A stretch of 64,000 nucleotides of DNA from Mobula hypostoma (taxonomy: Eukaryota). The translations under genes and the position numbers were made by a program. Positions 51,761-63,254 of the stretch are shown in pieces. The DNA is taken from contig NC_086097.1 of NCBI RefSeq assembly GCF_963921235.1, positions 158,536,001 to 158,600,000 of the forward strand. Direction: 5' to 3'. The notes below the pieces were generated by a model. It searched no databases and was not told where the DNA came from. It saw nothing but the letters and a program-made list of their open reading frames with translations. The first letter of the stretch is position 1; each line of letters starts with the position of its first letter.

Positions 51761-52233
51761 TCAAGCATAGATTCCATCTGATCAACCTGAACAACTTTTC
51801 TGAAAGATAACAAAGTATGTCAAAGAGGATATTGTTTGCATGGACTTCAGTAATTCTTTTGGCAAGACCCCACAAGCAACACTGGTCCAAAAGATTCAGA
51901 TTCCATGTGATTGAGGGCAAATTGGTAATTTGATTCCAAAATGGCCTTGACACTAGGAGATAGAAGATGATAATAGCGGGTTGTTTTTCTATGATTTTTG
52001 ATGCCTGTGGTGTTCCGCTGGGGTCCTTCTTGGTTATGTGAATGGTTTGGATATGGATGTAGGTGGCAATAATTAGTAAGTTTATAGATGGCAAAAGGAT
52101 TAGTGGAGTTTTTGACAGTGTGGAGAGTGGTCATTGGCTGCAAGGTGACATTGATGTGTTAGTGCAATAGACTGAGAAGTAGTAAGACTTGTGAAGTGAT
52201 GCATTTTGGGAGCACTAATGAGGCTACAACGTA

Positions 52234-52853
52234 CAAAGTTCAAAGTAGATGTACTGTCAAAGTATGTGTACTGTATGTAACCTTGAAGTTTGTCTCCTTA
52301 CTGGCAAATAGTGTAAGCAATAAAAGTAAGCAAATAACATTGCAAAGTGAAGTTCATGAAGGTAAGTTCACGGCCACGAAGCCAGTCACAGGAGATGCAG
52401 GAGCCCATTAGTTGCAGGACACAGCCACAGTTCAGCGCAGAGATGAATAAACATTGTCGAGCAGCGAGCTGAACACAGGCCCATCCCTCACCTCCGGCCC
52501 CAGCGCTCTGACCTTCTCAATCTGGCCCAGTGCTTAAATCAGCCAAACACTGGGTTGTTCCTCTCCCTTGGATATGCTCTTGGGCCCAGGACCCACTGTC
52601 TTGATTCAACCCGTATCTGACCTTTACAACCTGGTCCAATGCTTAAATTGGTCAAACATTGGTTCGTTCCTTGCTCTTGGGCCCGGGGCCCATCACACAA
52701 AATGCCACACTGTCCTGTACCTTTGAGATTTCAGTTTACATTGCAAAAGTGCCAGGTCTTACAGGCAGTTCAAAAGCTCAAAAAAGTGTGATTAGTAGAG
52801 TAGTTAGTAGGTTTGCTTGTGCCAGTAAGTTGTACTTCACCAGTGCCATCTTA
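52234..52853 (-). mobile_element. Non-autonomous retroposon with Rex1-type tail
   Basis: Minus-strand 5' end taagatggcactgg; tail aaagttcaaagtagatg; CR1 continuous on both sides. Confidence 0.6.
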
Positions 52854-53335
52854 AAATGAATGGTAAGGTCCTCAGAGATATTAAGAAACAGAGAGATCTT
52901 GGTGTACGTCTAAGTGTCCAGGTAAACACTAAAACTGGTCACACCTCAGCCAGAGTACTGCATGCAGTTATATTTACCTACACTATCATACTCGAGAGAT
53001 TGCAGAAGAAATTCAGTGATATGTTGCCTGGGATAGAGCCTCAATTATGAGGAGAAACTGGAAAAGCTGAGTCAGTTTTTACAGGAGCCAAGGAAATTAA
53101 GAAGGGACATGATTAATGTACAGGAAATAAAATTATGAGGGTTTAGATACAGAGTACTACAGGAAATTATTCTCTGTATCAGAAGTGAATAATACTAGAG
53201 TATATAAATTGAGGTTAAGGAGTAAGAGATTTAAGACCATAAGACATAGGAGCAGAATTAGGACCATTGAGTTTGCTCTGTCATTCCATCATGGCTGATT
53301 TATTATCTCTCTCAACCCTATTCTCTTGCCTTCTC

Positions 53336-53405
53336 CCCATACTAATCAAGAACTTTGACACCCATACTAATCAAGAACCTTGACACCCGTACTAATCAAG
53401 AACCT
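53336..53405. repeat. 25-bp tandem repeat (~2.8 copies) in the CR1 3' UTR
   Basis: cccatactaatcaagaac(t/c)ttgaca repeated. Confidence 0.85.
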
Positions 53406-54504
53406 ATCAAGCTCTGCTTTAAGTATACTCAATGACTAGGCCTCCACAACCATCTGTGGCATAGATTCACTACCCTCTGACTAAAGAAATTACTCCACAC
53501 TTCTGTTCTAAATCAACATCCCTCTATTCTGAAGCTGTGCGCTCTTGTCCTGGACAATCCCACTATAGGAAACATCCTCTCCACACCCACTTGATCTGTG
53601 CCTTTCAGTATTTGGGTTCCAATGAGATCCCCCTCATTCTTCTAAACTCCAGTGAGTACAGGCCCAGAGTCATCAAATGCTCCTCATATGTTCACCCTTT
53701 CATTCCCGGAATCATCCTCATGAATGCCAGCACTACTTTTCACAGATAAGGAGCCCAAAGCTGATCACAATACTCCAAGTCTGGTCTGTCCATGCCTTAT
53801 AAAGCCTTGCTCTTATATTCTCGATCTCTTGAAATGAATGATAACATTGCATGTAGCTTTCTACCGCTGAGTCAACCTGCAAGAAAACCTTAAGGGAATC
53901 CTGCATGAGGGCTCCCAAAATCCTCTGCACCTCTGGATTTTGAATTTTCTCCCCTTATAGAAAATAGCCTATGTCTTTATTCCTTCTACCAAGGTGTATG
54001 ACCACATAATTCCCTACACTATATTCTGTCTGCCATTCAATTCCATCATCCAAATTATTGGTGTATATCGTGCAAAGAAGCTGTCCCAACACTGACCTTG
54101 GAAGAACACCACACGTCACTGGCAGCCAACTAGAAAAGGCCCCCTTTATTTCTATTCTTTGTCTCCTATGCTGGTATCTTTCCTGTCACACTATGGGCTC
54201 TTATCTTGTTAAACAGCTTCATGTGCAACACCTTGTCAAAGGCTTTCTGAAAATACAAGTAAACAACTTCACCTGACTCTCCTTTGTCAATCCTGCTTGT
54301 TATTTCCTCAAAGAATTCCAACAGATTTGTCAGACAAGATATCCCCTTAAGGAAACCATGCTGACTTTAAAGATCATTAATAATACCTCCACAAGCTCTT
54401 CAGCTACTTCTTTCAGAACCCTGGGGCATAGACCATCTGGTCCAGGTGACTTATCTACCTTCAGACGTTTCAGCTTCCCAAGCACCTTCTCCATAGCAAT
54501 AGCA

Positions 54505-54780
54505 ATAACACACAAAATGATGGAGGAACTCAGCTGGTCAGGTAGCGTCTATGGGAATGAATAAACAGTTGACAGTAGTTCTAAATAGTCTTCCTTCCCC
54601 TCCCCCCCAACTTTTTATTCTGGTGTCTTCCCTCCTTCTTTTCCAGTCCTGAAGAGGTGGCTCGGCTCCTAATGTTGACTGTTTATTCTTCTCCGTAGAT
54701 ATTGCCTGACCTGCTGAATTCCTCCATCATTTTGTGTGTATTGCTCTGGATTTCCAACATCTTCAGAACCTCTTGTGTTT
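54505..54780. mobile_element. Penelope fold-back mini-element with ~9-bp TSD
   Basis: Short minus arm plus a plus arm with degenerate hammerhead; flanks gcaatagca (54496-54504) and gtaatagca (54781-54789). Confidence 0.7.
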
Positions 54781-55542
54781 GTAATAGCAGCTACACCCAT
54801 CTCTGACATTTTTGAAATTCTGCCTTACTGCTAGTGTCTTCTCCAGTGAAGACCGATGCAAAATACTTAAGCTCATCCACTATTTCTTTGTCTCTCATTA
54901 CTACCTCTCCAGCATCATTTCCCGGCGGTGTGATATACACTCTCACCTTCGTTTTATTCTTTATATATCTGAAAAGGCTTTTGGTATCCTCTTTTATATT
55001 ATTGTCTAGCTCACCTTCATATTTCTTTTTTCTCTACTTGTGGCTTTTTTAATTACCTTCAGTTAGTTTTTAAAAGCTTCCCAACCCGCTGACTTATGAC
55101 TAATTTTTGCTCTATTATTTGCCCTCTCTTATTATTGAGGACAGGAGATCAATTAGCATTAGTGGGGGGAGAAAGAGTCCTTGTTTCAGGTCATCAGAAA
55201 TAAGTAAGCATGAAAGCATGTTTGTTTTAAATTGCTGTGTAGTGTAAGCCTGGGGAGACCAGACTAGTGCTGATTGAAATGTCAACATAGTAATTATCTG
55301 CAAAAATTCAGCAGAGACGAAAGAAAAAATAAAAGAGATAGTCGGAGTTATGTCAATGGAAAGAGAAAAATGAGGGGTTGTTACCTGCAATAGTTGAATT
55401 CAATTTTAAGTCGCAAAAGCTGCAAAGTGTCCAGATGAGAGATTATTTGTTTTCCTTGAGCATTCATTGGGCATCGTTGGAGCTATGGTGGAGGGTGAAG
55501 GTGGAGAAATGAAAGTGGGAGTGGGGCAGAGAACTAAAATGA

Positions 55543-56222
55543 AATTTGCTGGTGAACGCAGCAGGCCAGGCAGCATCTCTAGGAAGAGATACAGTCGGCG
55601 TTTCGGGCCGAGACCCTTCGTTAGGACTAACTGTAGGAAGAGCTAGTAAGAGATTTGAAAATGGGAGGGGGAGGGGGAGATCCAAAATGATAGGAGAAGA
55701 CAGGAGGGGGAGGGATGGAGCCAAGAGCTGGACAGGTGATTGGCAAAAGGAATATGAGAGGATCATGGGACAGGAGGCCCGGGGAGAAGGAACAGGGGGA
55801 GGGGGGGGAAACGGAGGATGGGTCAGAGGGACAGAGGGAGAAAAAAGAGAGAGAGAAAAAGAATGTGTGTATATAAATAAATAACGGATGGGGTACAAGG
55901 GGGAGGTGGGGCATTAGCGGAAGTTAGAGAAGTCAATGTGCATGCCATCTGGTTGGAGGCTACCCAGACGGAATATAAGGTGTTCCTCCAACCTGAGTGT
56001 GTCTATCCACGGCCTCCTCTACTGTAAAGATGGATCTCCCCCTCCCCCTCCCACTTTCAAATCTCTTACTAGCTCTTCCTTCAGTTAGTCCTGACGAAGG
56101 GTCTCGGCCCGAAACGTCGACTGTACCTCTTCCTAGAGATGCTGCCTGGCCTGCTGCATTCACCAGCAACTTTGATGTGTGTTGCTTCAATTTCCAGCAT
56201 TTGCAGAATTCCTCGTGTTCAC
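55543..56222. mobile_element. Young Penelope inverted (fold-back) insertion with 17-bp TSD
   Basis: TSD gcagagaactaaaatga at 55526-55542 and 56223-56239; minus arm to ~56000, short inverted linker to ~56032, then plus arm. Confidence 0.9.
56086..56123 (+). ncRNA. Minimal type-I hammerhead ribozyme, intact core
   Basis: tagtc-CTGACGA-a-gggtctcggccc-GAAA-c-GTC-gactg; predicted cleavage after C56118. Confidence 0.8.
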
Positions 56223-58298
56223 GCAGAGAACTAAAATGATAGGATCTTCTGGGTAGATTTGTGCAAATCAGAAGCCCAATTTGCATTTTGTTTCTCTAGT
56301 GTAAAGGAGACCACATTGTGAATACAAGCCTGGTACATTAAAAAGGAAAAACTGCATGTGATTTGCTGATTATTTGGAAGGAATAATTGGGTCACAAGAT
56401 AATAGAAAGGAAAAGGATAGAAAGGCAGGTGTTACCACTCCCCTGGTTATATAGAAGACTGTTTAGAAAAAAGTGGTAGATGGAGATGAACCAGGAAATC
56501 ACCAAGGAAGTGATGTTTTTAGAATCATGAGATGAGAGGGGAGGGTATGTTTGCTGGTGGAGATTGTTGGCATCTCCAAGATGTTTGAATTTGTTCAACA
56601 TTATAGACGAGAAAATAATCCAGATAACACATCTGTTTGTGTCAGTGAATGGAAGAGTGCAGCAGTATGGTGAATAAATTACTCAGCTGATATCCACAAA
56701 CCTGGATTATCATCCCAGAGATGATCTAACCTGTTTCTTGTCTCACATGATTATTCATCACAGGCTGCCAGATACTTAAAACAGATTTGTTAAGCATCTT
56801 TCATGCATTGAATGATAAATAATTATGAGGTTTTTAGTTTGAACTGGCTGTAATGAAACATATCATCAATGTTATTTCCAAGCTAATACCAAAATAAGAG
56901 ATAAGACAGATCGAAACAAATCACCAGCAAAAACACTTCCATTTTCTAGAATCTGTGAATGACTCTGAAATTGGTTAGAAATATAAAGGGAGACTTCATT
57001 ATTCTGTGTGGCCAGTGGCTCATGTGTCACTGTATTTGCTTTGTCTTATCACAATGCAGAGTGGCCAAGCACTGCACAGCATTCCATTTTTCAGTTGTGA
57101 AATCATTATATTCTATCCCACTGTTGTTTTTAGTTCAATGTTCTGAAAGGTAAATTCAGAACATATTTAGTTTCTTGCAATATCACATTTCAACCATACA
57201 TAGAAGAGTAGTAAAAAAAAATACCCCTTTCATCAAACAAGATATGGAAAATTGGCACACTCAGCTATTCAGAGAACACAGAGGTTAGCTTTGGCCCATT
57301 GCATCATTGTTTCTTCTTGGAAAGCATCAACTAAATCAATTCAAGATACATCAGATAAGGCTAAAATGTGCCATTTCTCAAATACTTTTCATATCCCTCA
57401 AATCAAACTATATCAATCCCCAAATCTTTCTCTTGCCTGAGAAAATGATTTAAAATCGTTATCTCGCAAACGTCCCTCTGAAATACAAAGGAGGGAGACT
57501 GGATATGTATCGCTCAATTTATGAGTCTGTATGCTATTACTGGCAGGGCTTTCGGCAGGGATTCAGATCATGGAGACGCTTGTGGAGTTTAAGCGCAGAT
57601 TTCAAAAGTGAGCAGAGCCTGTTGGAATTTTCTGTGGAGATTTTGATTGTTTGTGTTGTTAGACACTTGGCAAGGGCCAATAAAAAGAAGTTTGGTTTAA
57701 GTAGAGCAGCCATTATGGGAGAGGCCATTGTTGGAGTGGGATCCCAGGGTTAGAGTCTGACACAGAGGCTTTGGCGAGGAGAGGTGGAGGTTTCTGTCAA
57801 GTTTCTCTTTTTTTGTCTATTAGTGCCTAGCTAGAGTAGTGAGAATGGATTCCTCATACAGTGTGTGTGCTCCTCATACAAGATATGGAAAATCTCGGAA
57901 CTCTTCAGTCTCTCAGATTGCTACATCTGTGAGAAGTGAAACTGGGTGCAACTCCTTTCAGACTGTGTTTGGGAAATGGAGCTGGATGACCTTAAGATCA
58001 TTCGGGAAATTAAGGCGATGATAGGTACAGAGTTCCAGGGAGGTTGTCACACCTAAGTTGCAGAGGCTGGTTGCGAGGTGAGTATCGGGAGAGGGAACAG
58101 GAGTAGGCAGCCAGTGCAGAGTACCCCTTTAGTTGTTCCCCTTAATAATAAGTACTGCTTTGGATACTGTTTTGGTGGTGGTGGGGTGGTGTAAATGACC
58201 TACCAGGGGAAAATCTGCAGCGGCTACGTTTCTGACACTGAGTTTGGCTCTGTACCTTAGAAGGAAAGCAATGGGTGTTGGGGGGGAGTGGCCGTGAT

Positions 58299-59108
58299 TA
58301 ATTTATTATTAATTAATGGCTCCGTCTATCTAAGTAGACAATGGATGCACCTGGTTTTCCGGGGCGCAGACCTGGGTGATGAATATGGAGATCCTGGGCT
58401 GCCCAGATATCAAGATCCCCCTCTCAGCCTCGCGGATGTGGTCCAAAGGAATGTGAAGGTCTCTGGGATTTCCCATATCTTGCATGAGGAACACACACAC
58501 ACTGACTACTACATAATGTACTGGTTGGGCACAGGAGAACATTCAACCAGAGACTCATTCCACCGAGATGCAACACAGAGTGTCATAGGAAGTCATTCCT
58601 GCCTGTGACCATCAAACGTTACAACTCTTCCCTTGGAGGGTCAGACACCCTGAGCCAATAGGCTGGTCCTGGACTTATTTCCTGGCATAATTTGCATATT
58701 ACTATTTAGCTATTTATGGCTTTATTACTATTTAATTATTTATGGTGCAACTGTAACGAAAACCATTTCCCCCCGGGATCAATAAAGTATGACTATGACT
58801 ATGACTATGACAATGACTATAACTATGAAGCAGTACATTTGGCATCTGCTTGGCTGCAGGAGCTGCTGGGAGGTGATGTGATACGTCATCCAACTGCCAC
58901 AGGGGCTCCACTCCGAATTTGTGTAGGGTTTACTCCTTAGTCTTCTCTTCTCCCGAAGATACCCACAAGGCAGTGGGATCCGTAACCCTGGACAGGGGCC
59001 CATACCGGATACTGTCAGCCGGAGCCAGCTGAGCCCGGGACTTGTGTAAGGCAGGGTCATCACGCCCTGTAGTAGTGACATATGGAGCCACTACCCGCTA
59101 CCCATAAT
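58299..59108 (-). mobile_element. Non-autonomous RTE derivative (5' UTR fused to 3' tail)
   Basis: Tail tggctccgtctatctaagtagacaatggatgcac resembles the RTE end at 29061; flanked by gtgat (58294-58298 and 59109-59113); CR1 ORF1 is continuous across it. Confidence 0.6.
58459..58825 (+). mobile_element. Rex1-like 3' fragment with (GACTAT)n tail
   Basis: HNVLVGHRRTFNQRLIPPRCNTECHRKSFLPVTIKRYNS; aataaag then (tatgac)n; flanks tgaag at 58454-58458 and 58826-58830. Confidence 0.75.
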
Positions 59109-61693
59109 GTGATACAGATTCAATAATTAAACAGACAGCAGATTCTATGATTGTGAAAGAGATTCCTGGATGTTATGTTGCCTCACAGGTGCAAGGGTTG
59201 GGGATGTCTTGGATTGGGTCCACAGCATTTTTAAGGCAGAGGCTGAGAAGCCAGAAGTCATGGTACGTATTGGTACTGTTAAATCAGGTAGGAAAAAGGA
59301 TGAGGGCCTGAAGGGAGAATATAGGGAGCAAGGTTGGAAGCTGAAAAGTAAGACCAAAGGATAGTCATCTCTAGATTGCTATCTATGCTACTTGCTGGTG
59401 ATGATTGTCAGGTGAATGTGTGCAGTTTCTCATCTGTGGATTATTGGAGTCTTTTTTGGGGAAAGATTGTCCCTGAACTTAAGGGCAACCAATATCCTTG
59501 CAGGCAGGTTTGCTGGAGCTACTGGGGAGGGTTTAAATTGTCTGGCAAGGAACCGGACCCAGAGTGGTAGGTCAGAGGATGGGGTATTTGGTGTAAAGGT
59601 AAATGCAACATGTAGAGAGACTGTAAAAAAAGGGTAGGCAATGGAAAGGGCAGTTGGGTGGATTGAAAAAATGTCTTTTCTAATGTGAGAAGTATCAGAA
59701 ACAAGGACAATGAACCTAATAGTATAGATCAGTACATGGAACTACAACGTTGTGGTCATTCCAGGGAACGTAAAAAAGGAGGTGGGGGAGGTGCATTGCT
59801 AATCGGGGGTAGTATCATAGCTGCAGAAAGGGATGACATTATGGATGGATAATCTAATGAGTCATGGTGGGTAGAGGTCAGAAACAGGAATGGAGCAACC
59901 TCTCAATTGAGAATATTCTATGGAACCTCTAAAAGCAACAGAGATACTGTGGTGCAGATTGGGAGGCAGATATTAGAACTATGCAAAAATAACAGGGTTG
60001 CTATTGTGTCTGAATTTACCTTCTGCCAATATATTGATTGGCACTTCTTAGTATAATGTTTAAATGGGGTGGAGTATGTTAGGTGTGTAGAGGAAGATTC
60101 CTGACACAGTATGTAGACAGGCGGACTAGAGGAGAGGCCAAACTGGATCTGCAAGTAGGCACTGAACCTGGACAGATGACAGATCTCTCGGTGGGTGAGC
60201 ATTTTGGAGACAGTGACCATATCTCCCTGACCTTTACCATATCCTTGGACAGGGATAGGATCAGATGGAATGGGGAAGTATTTAATTGGGGGAGGGCAAG
60301 TTATGATGCTGTTAGACAGGGACTTGGTAGTGTAAGTTGGGAACAGATGTGCACTTGGAAATGCAGAGCAGAATGTGAAGGTTGCTTAGGGAGAACTTGC
60401 ATAGGGTTCTCAATCTGTTTGTCCTGTTGAGGCATTAAAAGGATAGTAGGGTGAAGGAAGCATGGTTCACAAGAAATGTGAACCATCTACTCAAGGAAGA
60501 AAGAAACATACTAAAAGTTTAGGAAGCAAGGATTGAACAGGCCTTTAGAGAGTTACAAGGTAGCCAGGAAGGAGCTTAAGAATGGAACTAGAAAGGCTAG
60601 TAGGGGCATGAGAAGGTCTTGGTGAGTAGGATTAAGGGAAATCCCAAGGAGTTCTACATGTATGTGAAGAACAGAAGGATAACTAGAGTGATGGTAGGAC
60701 ATATTTGGGTAATAGAGAAGCACATGCCTGGAGTTGGAGGATGTAGGGGAGGTCCTTAGTGAATACTTTGCTTTAGTATTAACCAGTGAAAGGTACCTTG
60801 ACAAATGTGAGGTTAATGTAACAGCCAGGATATGCTGGGACATGTTGATGTTAAGAAAGAGGATGTGCTGGAAATTTTGAACAACATTAAATAGTCAAGT
60901 CCCCAGGGCCATACAGGATATATCTAAGGTTAGTATGACAAGCAGAAAAAGAAATTGCTGAGCCTTTGGTGATGATCTTTGCATCCTCATTAGCCACGGG
61001 AGTAGTACCTGAAGATTAGAGAGTGACAAATATCATTCCTTTGTTCATGAAAGGTAAAGGTAATTTGGGAATTGTAGATCAGTGGATCTTACATCAGTGG
61101 TGTGCAAACTATTGGAGAGGATCCTTACAGACAGGGTTTACATTCATTTAGAGAAGCCTAGTTTAGTTAGGGATAGTCAACATGGCTTGCAAGTGGCAAG
61201 TTGTGCCCTAAAAGCCTGATTTAATTCTTTGAGGAAGTGACAAGCAAAACAAATTGATGAAGGCAGAGCAGTCAATGGGGTGTATTTGGATTTTAATAAG
61301 GCACTGAACAAAGTTCTCCATGGTGGTCTCATTCAAAAAATCAGGAGGCGTGGGAAGTAGAGAATCTTGTCTGTGTAGATTCAGAATTAGCTTGCTCATA
61401 GAAGGTGGAGAGTGGTAGCAGATGGAGTGCATTCTGCCTGGAGGTCAGTGACTAGTGGTGTTCCATGGGGGATCTGTTCTGGGACCCCTGCTGTTCATGA
61501 TTTTTATAAATGACTTGGATGAGTAAGTGAAACAATAGCTTAGTAAGGTTGCAGATGACGCAGGGGCTGGTGGTGTTGTGGATAGTGCAGAAGGTTGTCA
61601 TAGATTACAATGAGACATTGACAGGATGTACAGCTGGGCTGAGAAGTGACAGATGGAGATTAACCTGGAAAAGTGTGATTAATTCACTTTGGA

Positions 61694-62073
61694 TTGAAAC
61701 ATATAAGATTATTAAGGGATTGGACACGCTAGAGGCAGGAAACATGTTCCCGATGTTGGGGGAGTCCAGAACCAGAGGCCAGAATTTAAGAATAAGGGGT
61801 AGGTCATTTAGAACGGAGTTGAGGAAAAAAAAATTTCACCCAGAGGGTTGTGGATCTATGGAATGCTCTGCCTCAGAAGGCAGTGGAGGCCAATTCTCTG
61901 GATGCTTTCAAGAAAGAGTTAGATAGAGCTCTTAATGATAGTGGAGTCAAACGATATGGGGAGAAGGCAGGAACAGGGTACTGATTGTGGATGATCAGCC
62001 ATGATGACAGTGAATGGCGGTGCCGGCTTGAAGGGCCAAATGGCCTACTCCTGCATCTATCGTCTATTGTCTA
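61694..62073 (+). mobile_element. Younger CR1 3' fragment nested in the older CR1
   Basis: ETYKIIKGLDTLEAGNMFPMLGESRTRGQNLRIRG; (tctattg) tail; ttgga repeated at both junctions. Confidence 0.85.
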
Positions 62074-63254
62074 TTGGAAGTTCGAACTGGAAGGCAGAAT
62101 ACAGGGTATATGGCAGGATGCTTAGCAGTGTGGAGGATCAGAGAGATGTTGCTGTCCACGTTAATAGGTCTCTCAAAATTGCAGGCGGTTAAGAAGATAT
62201 ATAGTGTGTTGGCTTCATTAGTCAGAGGATTGATTCTAAAAGCCATGAGGGAATGTTGTAGATCTATCTCAATCTAGTTAGACCACAATTGGAATATAGT
62301 GTTCACTTCTGGTTGCCCCATTATAGAAACAATATGGAAGACTTAGAGAGGGTTCACAGGAGATTTACCCGGATAGGGAACATGTCTTGTGAACAAAGGT
62401 TCAACAAGCTGGGGCTTTTCACTTTGAAGTGAAGAGGTGAGAAGTGATTTGATGAAGGAGTACAAGATGATAAGAGGAATATATGGAATGTACAGCCAGT
62501 GGATTTTTTGTTTCCCCAGGGCAGCAGTGACTAAAACAAGCGGTCTTACTTTAAAGGTGTTTGGAGGAAAGTTTGGGGAGATTATCAGACATAGGTCTTT
62601 AACGTGGAGTGGTAGATGCATGGAATGCACTGCCAGAGGTGGTGATTGAGGCAGATACATTAGGGATAGTTAAGAGGCTGTTAGTGAGGTACATATGTGA
62701 AAGAAAAGTAGAGGGTTATGGGGTTGGGAATAGTGTGATTGATCTTGGAGTAAGTTAAAAGGTCAAAGGGCTTGTGCTCGGCTGTACTGTTTTGCATGTG
62801 TTCTGCACTACTAAAACTGAATGTGTAATGCCATACAAGAGCCATACAAATTCATTTTCATTCATAGTGTATCTAAAAAAACAAGAAGGGTTATAGGAAG
62901 GTCATTATTTTAAATTATTTTTTCAGATAATGGGGCAAGTTTGAAGATTGATGGACAAGTATTTTGACTTTGAGTTTGTAATTGAAACATTTGCTTGTCT
63001 ATTGGACTCTGCACTGATCATAGCCATTTTTTTTCCAATAAAGATGTTTCTAGTCAATCTTTACCATTTGAGAGTTAATTACTTTTATATCTTCAAACAC
63101 ATTTCTCCCAGGAGCAGCAAAGATCTATTGCTAGGAGTCAAAGCAGTTAATGAATTTTCTTCTTAAAAAAAATCTCCAGTGGCAAACAGACTGCTTGTGT
63201 CAGTAGTAGATTCATTGTAAGCAGAACTATAGGTAGCTAACATTGAAAATGTAC

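Larger units (their letters stand above)
50750..53232 (+). mobile_element. Old CR1 ORF2 fragment with nested insertions
   Basis: KVDKCPG, AANVVLLYK, MHFGSTN, DIKKQRDLGV, ERLQKKFSDMLPG. Confidence 0.7.
53233..55130 (-). mobile_element. CR1 3' part, degenerate and internally deleted
   Basis: Antisense tail taagaccataagacataggagcagaattagg; KVDKSPGPDGLCPRVLKEVAEE. Confidence 0.8.
55370..56600 (-). mobile_element. Old Penelope GIY-YIG-region remnant (host of the 55543-56222 insertion)
   Basis: gttacctgcaatagttgaattcaat...gaaagtgggagtggggcagagaactaaaatg continues after the insertion. Confidence 0.5.
57690..62810 (+). mobile_element. Near-full-length degenerate CR1 (5' UTR, ORF1, ORF2, tail) with nested insertions
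   Basis: ORF1 CCLTGARVGDV..PEVMVRIGT; endonuclease TRGEAKLDL..GEHFGDSDHISL; RT tagtggtgttcc..FMIFINDLD, ADD; tail gggcttgtgctcggctgtactgtttt. Confidence 0.85.

Noticed and set aside
53336..53405. CRISPR-like repeat array
   Set aside because: Contiguous 25-bp tandem duplication without spacers, inside a vertebrate LINE
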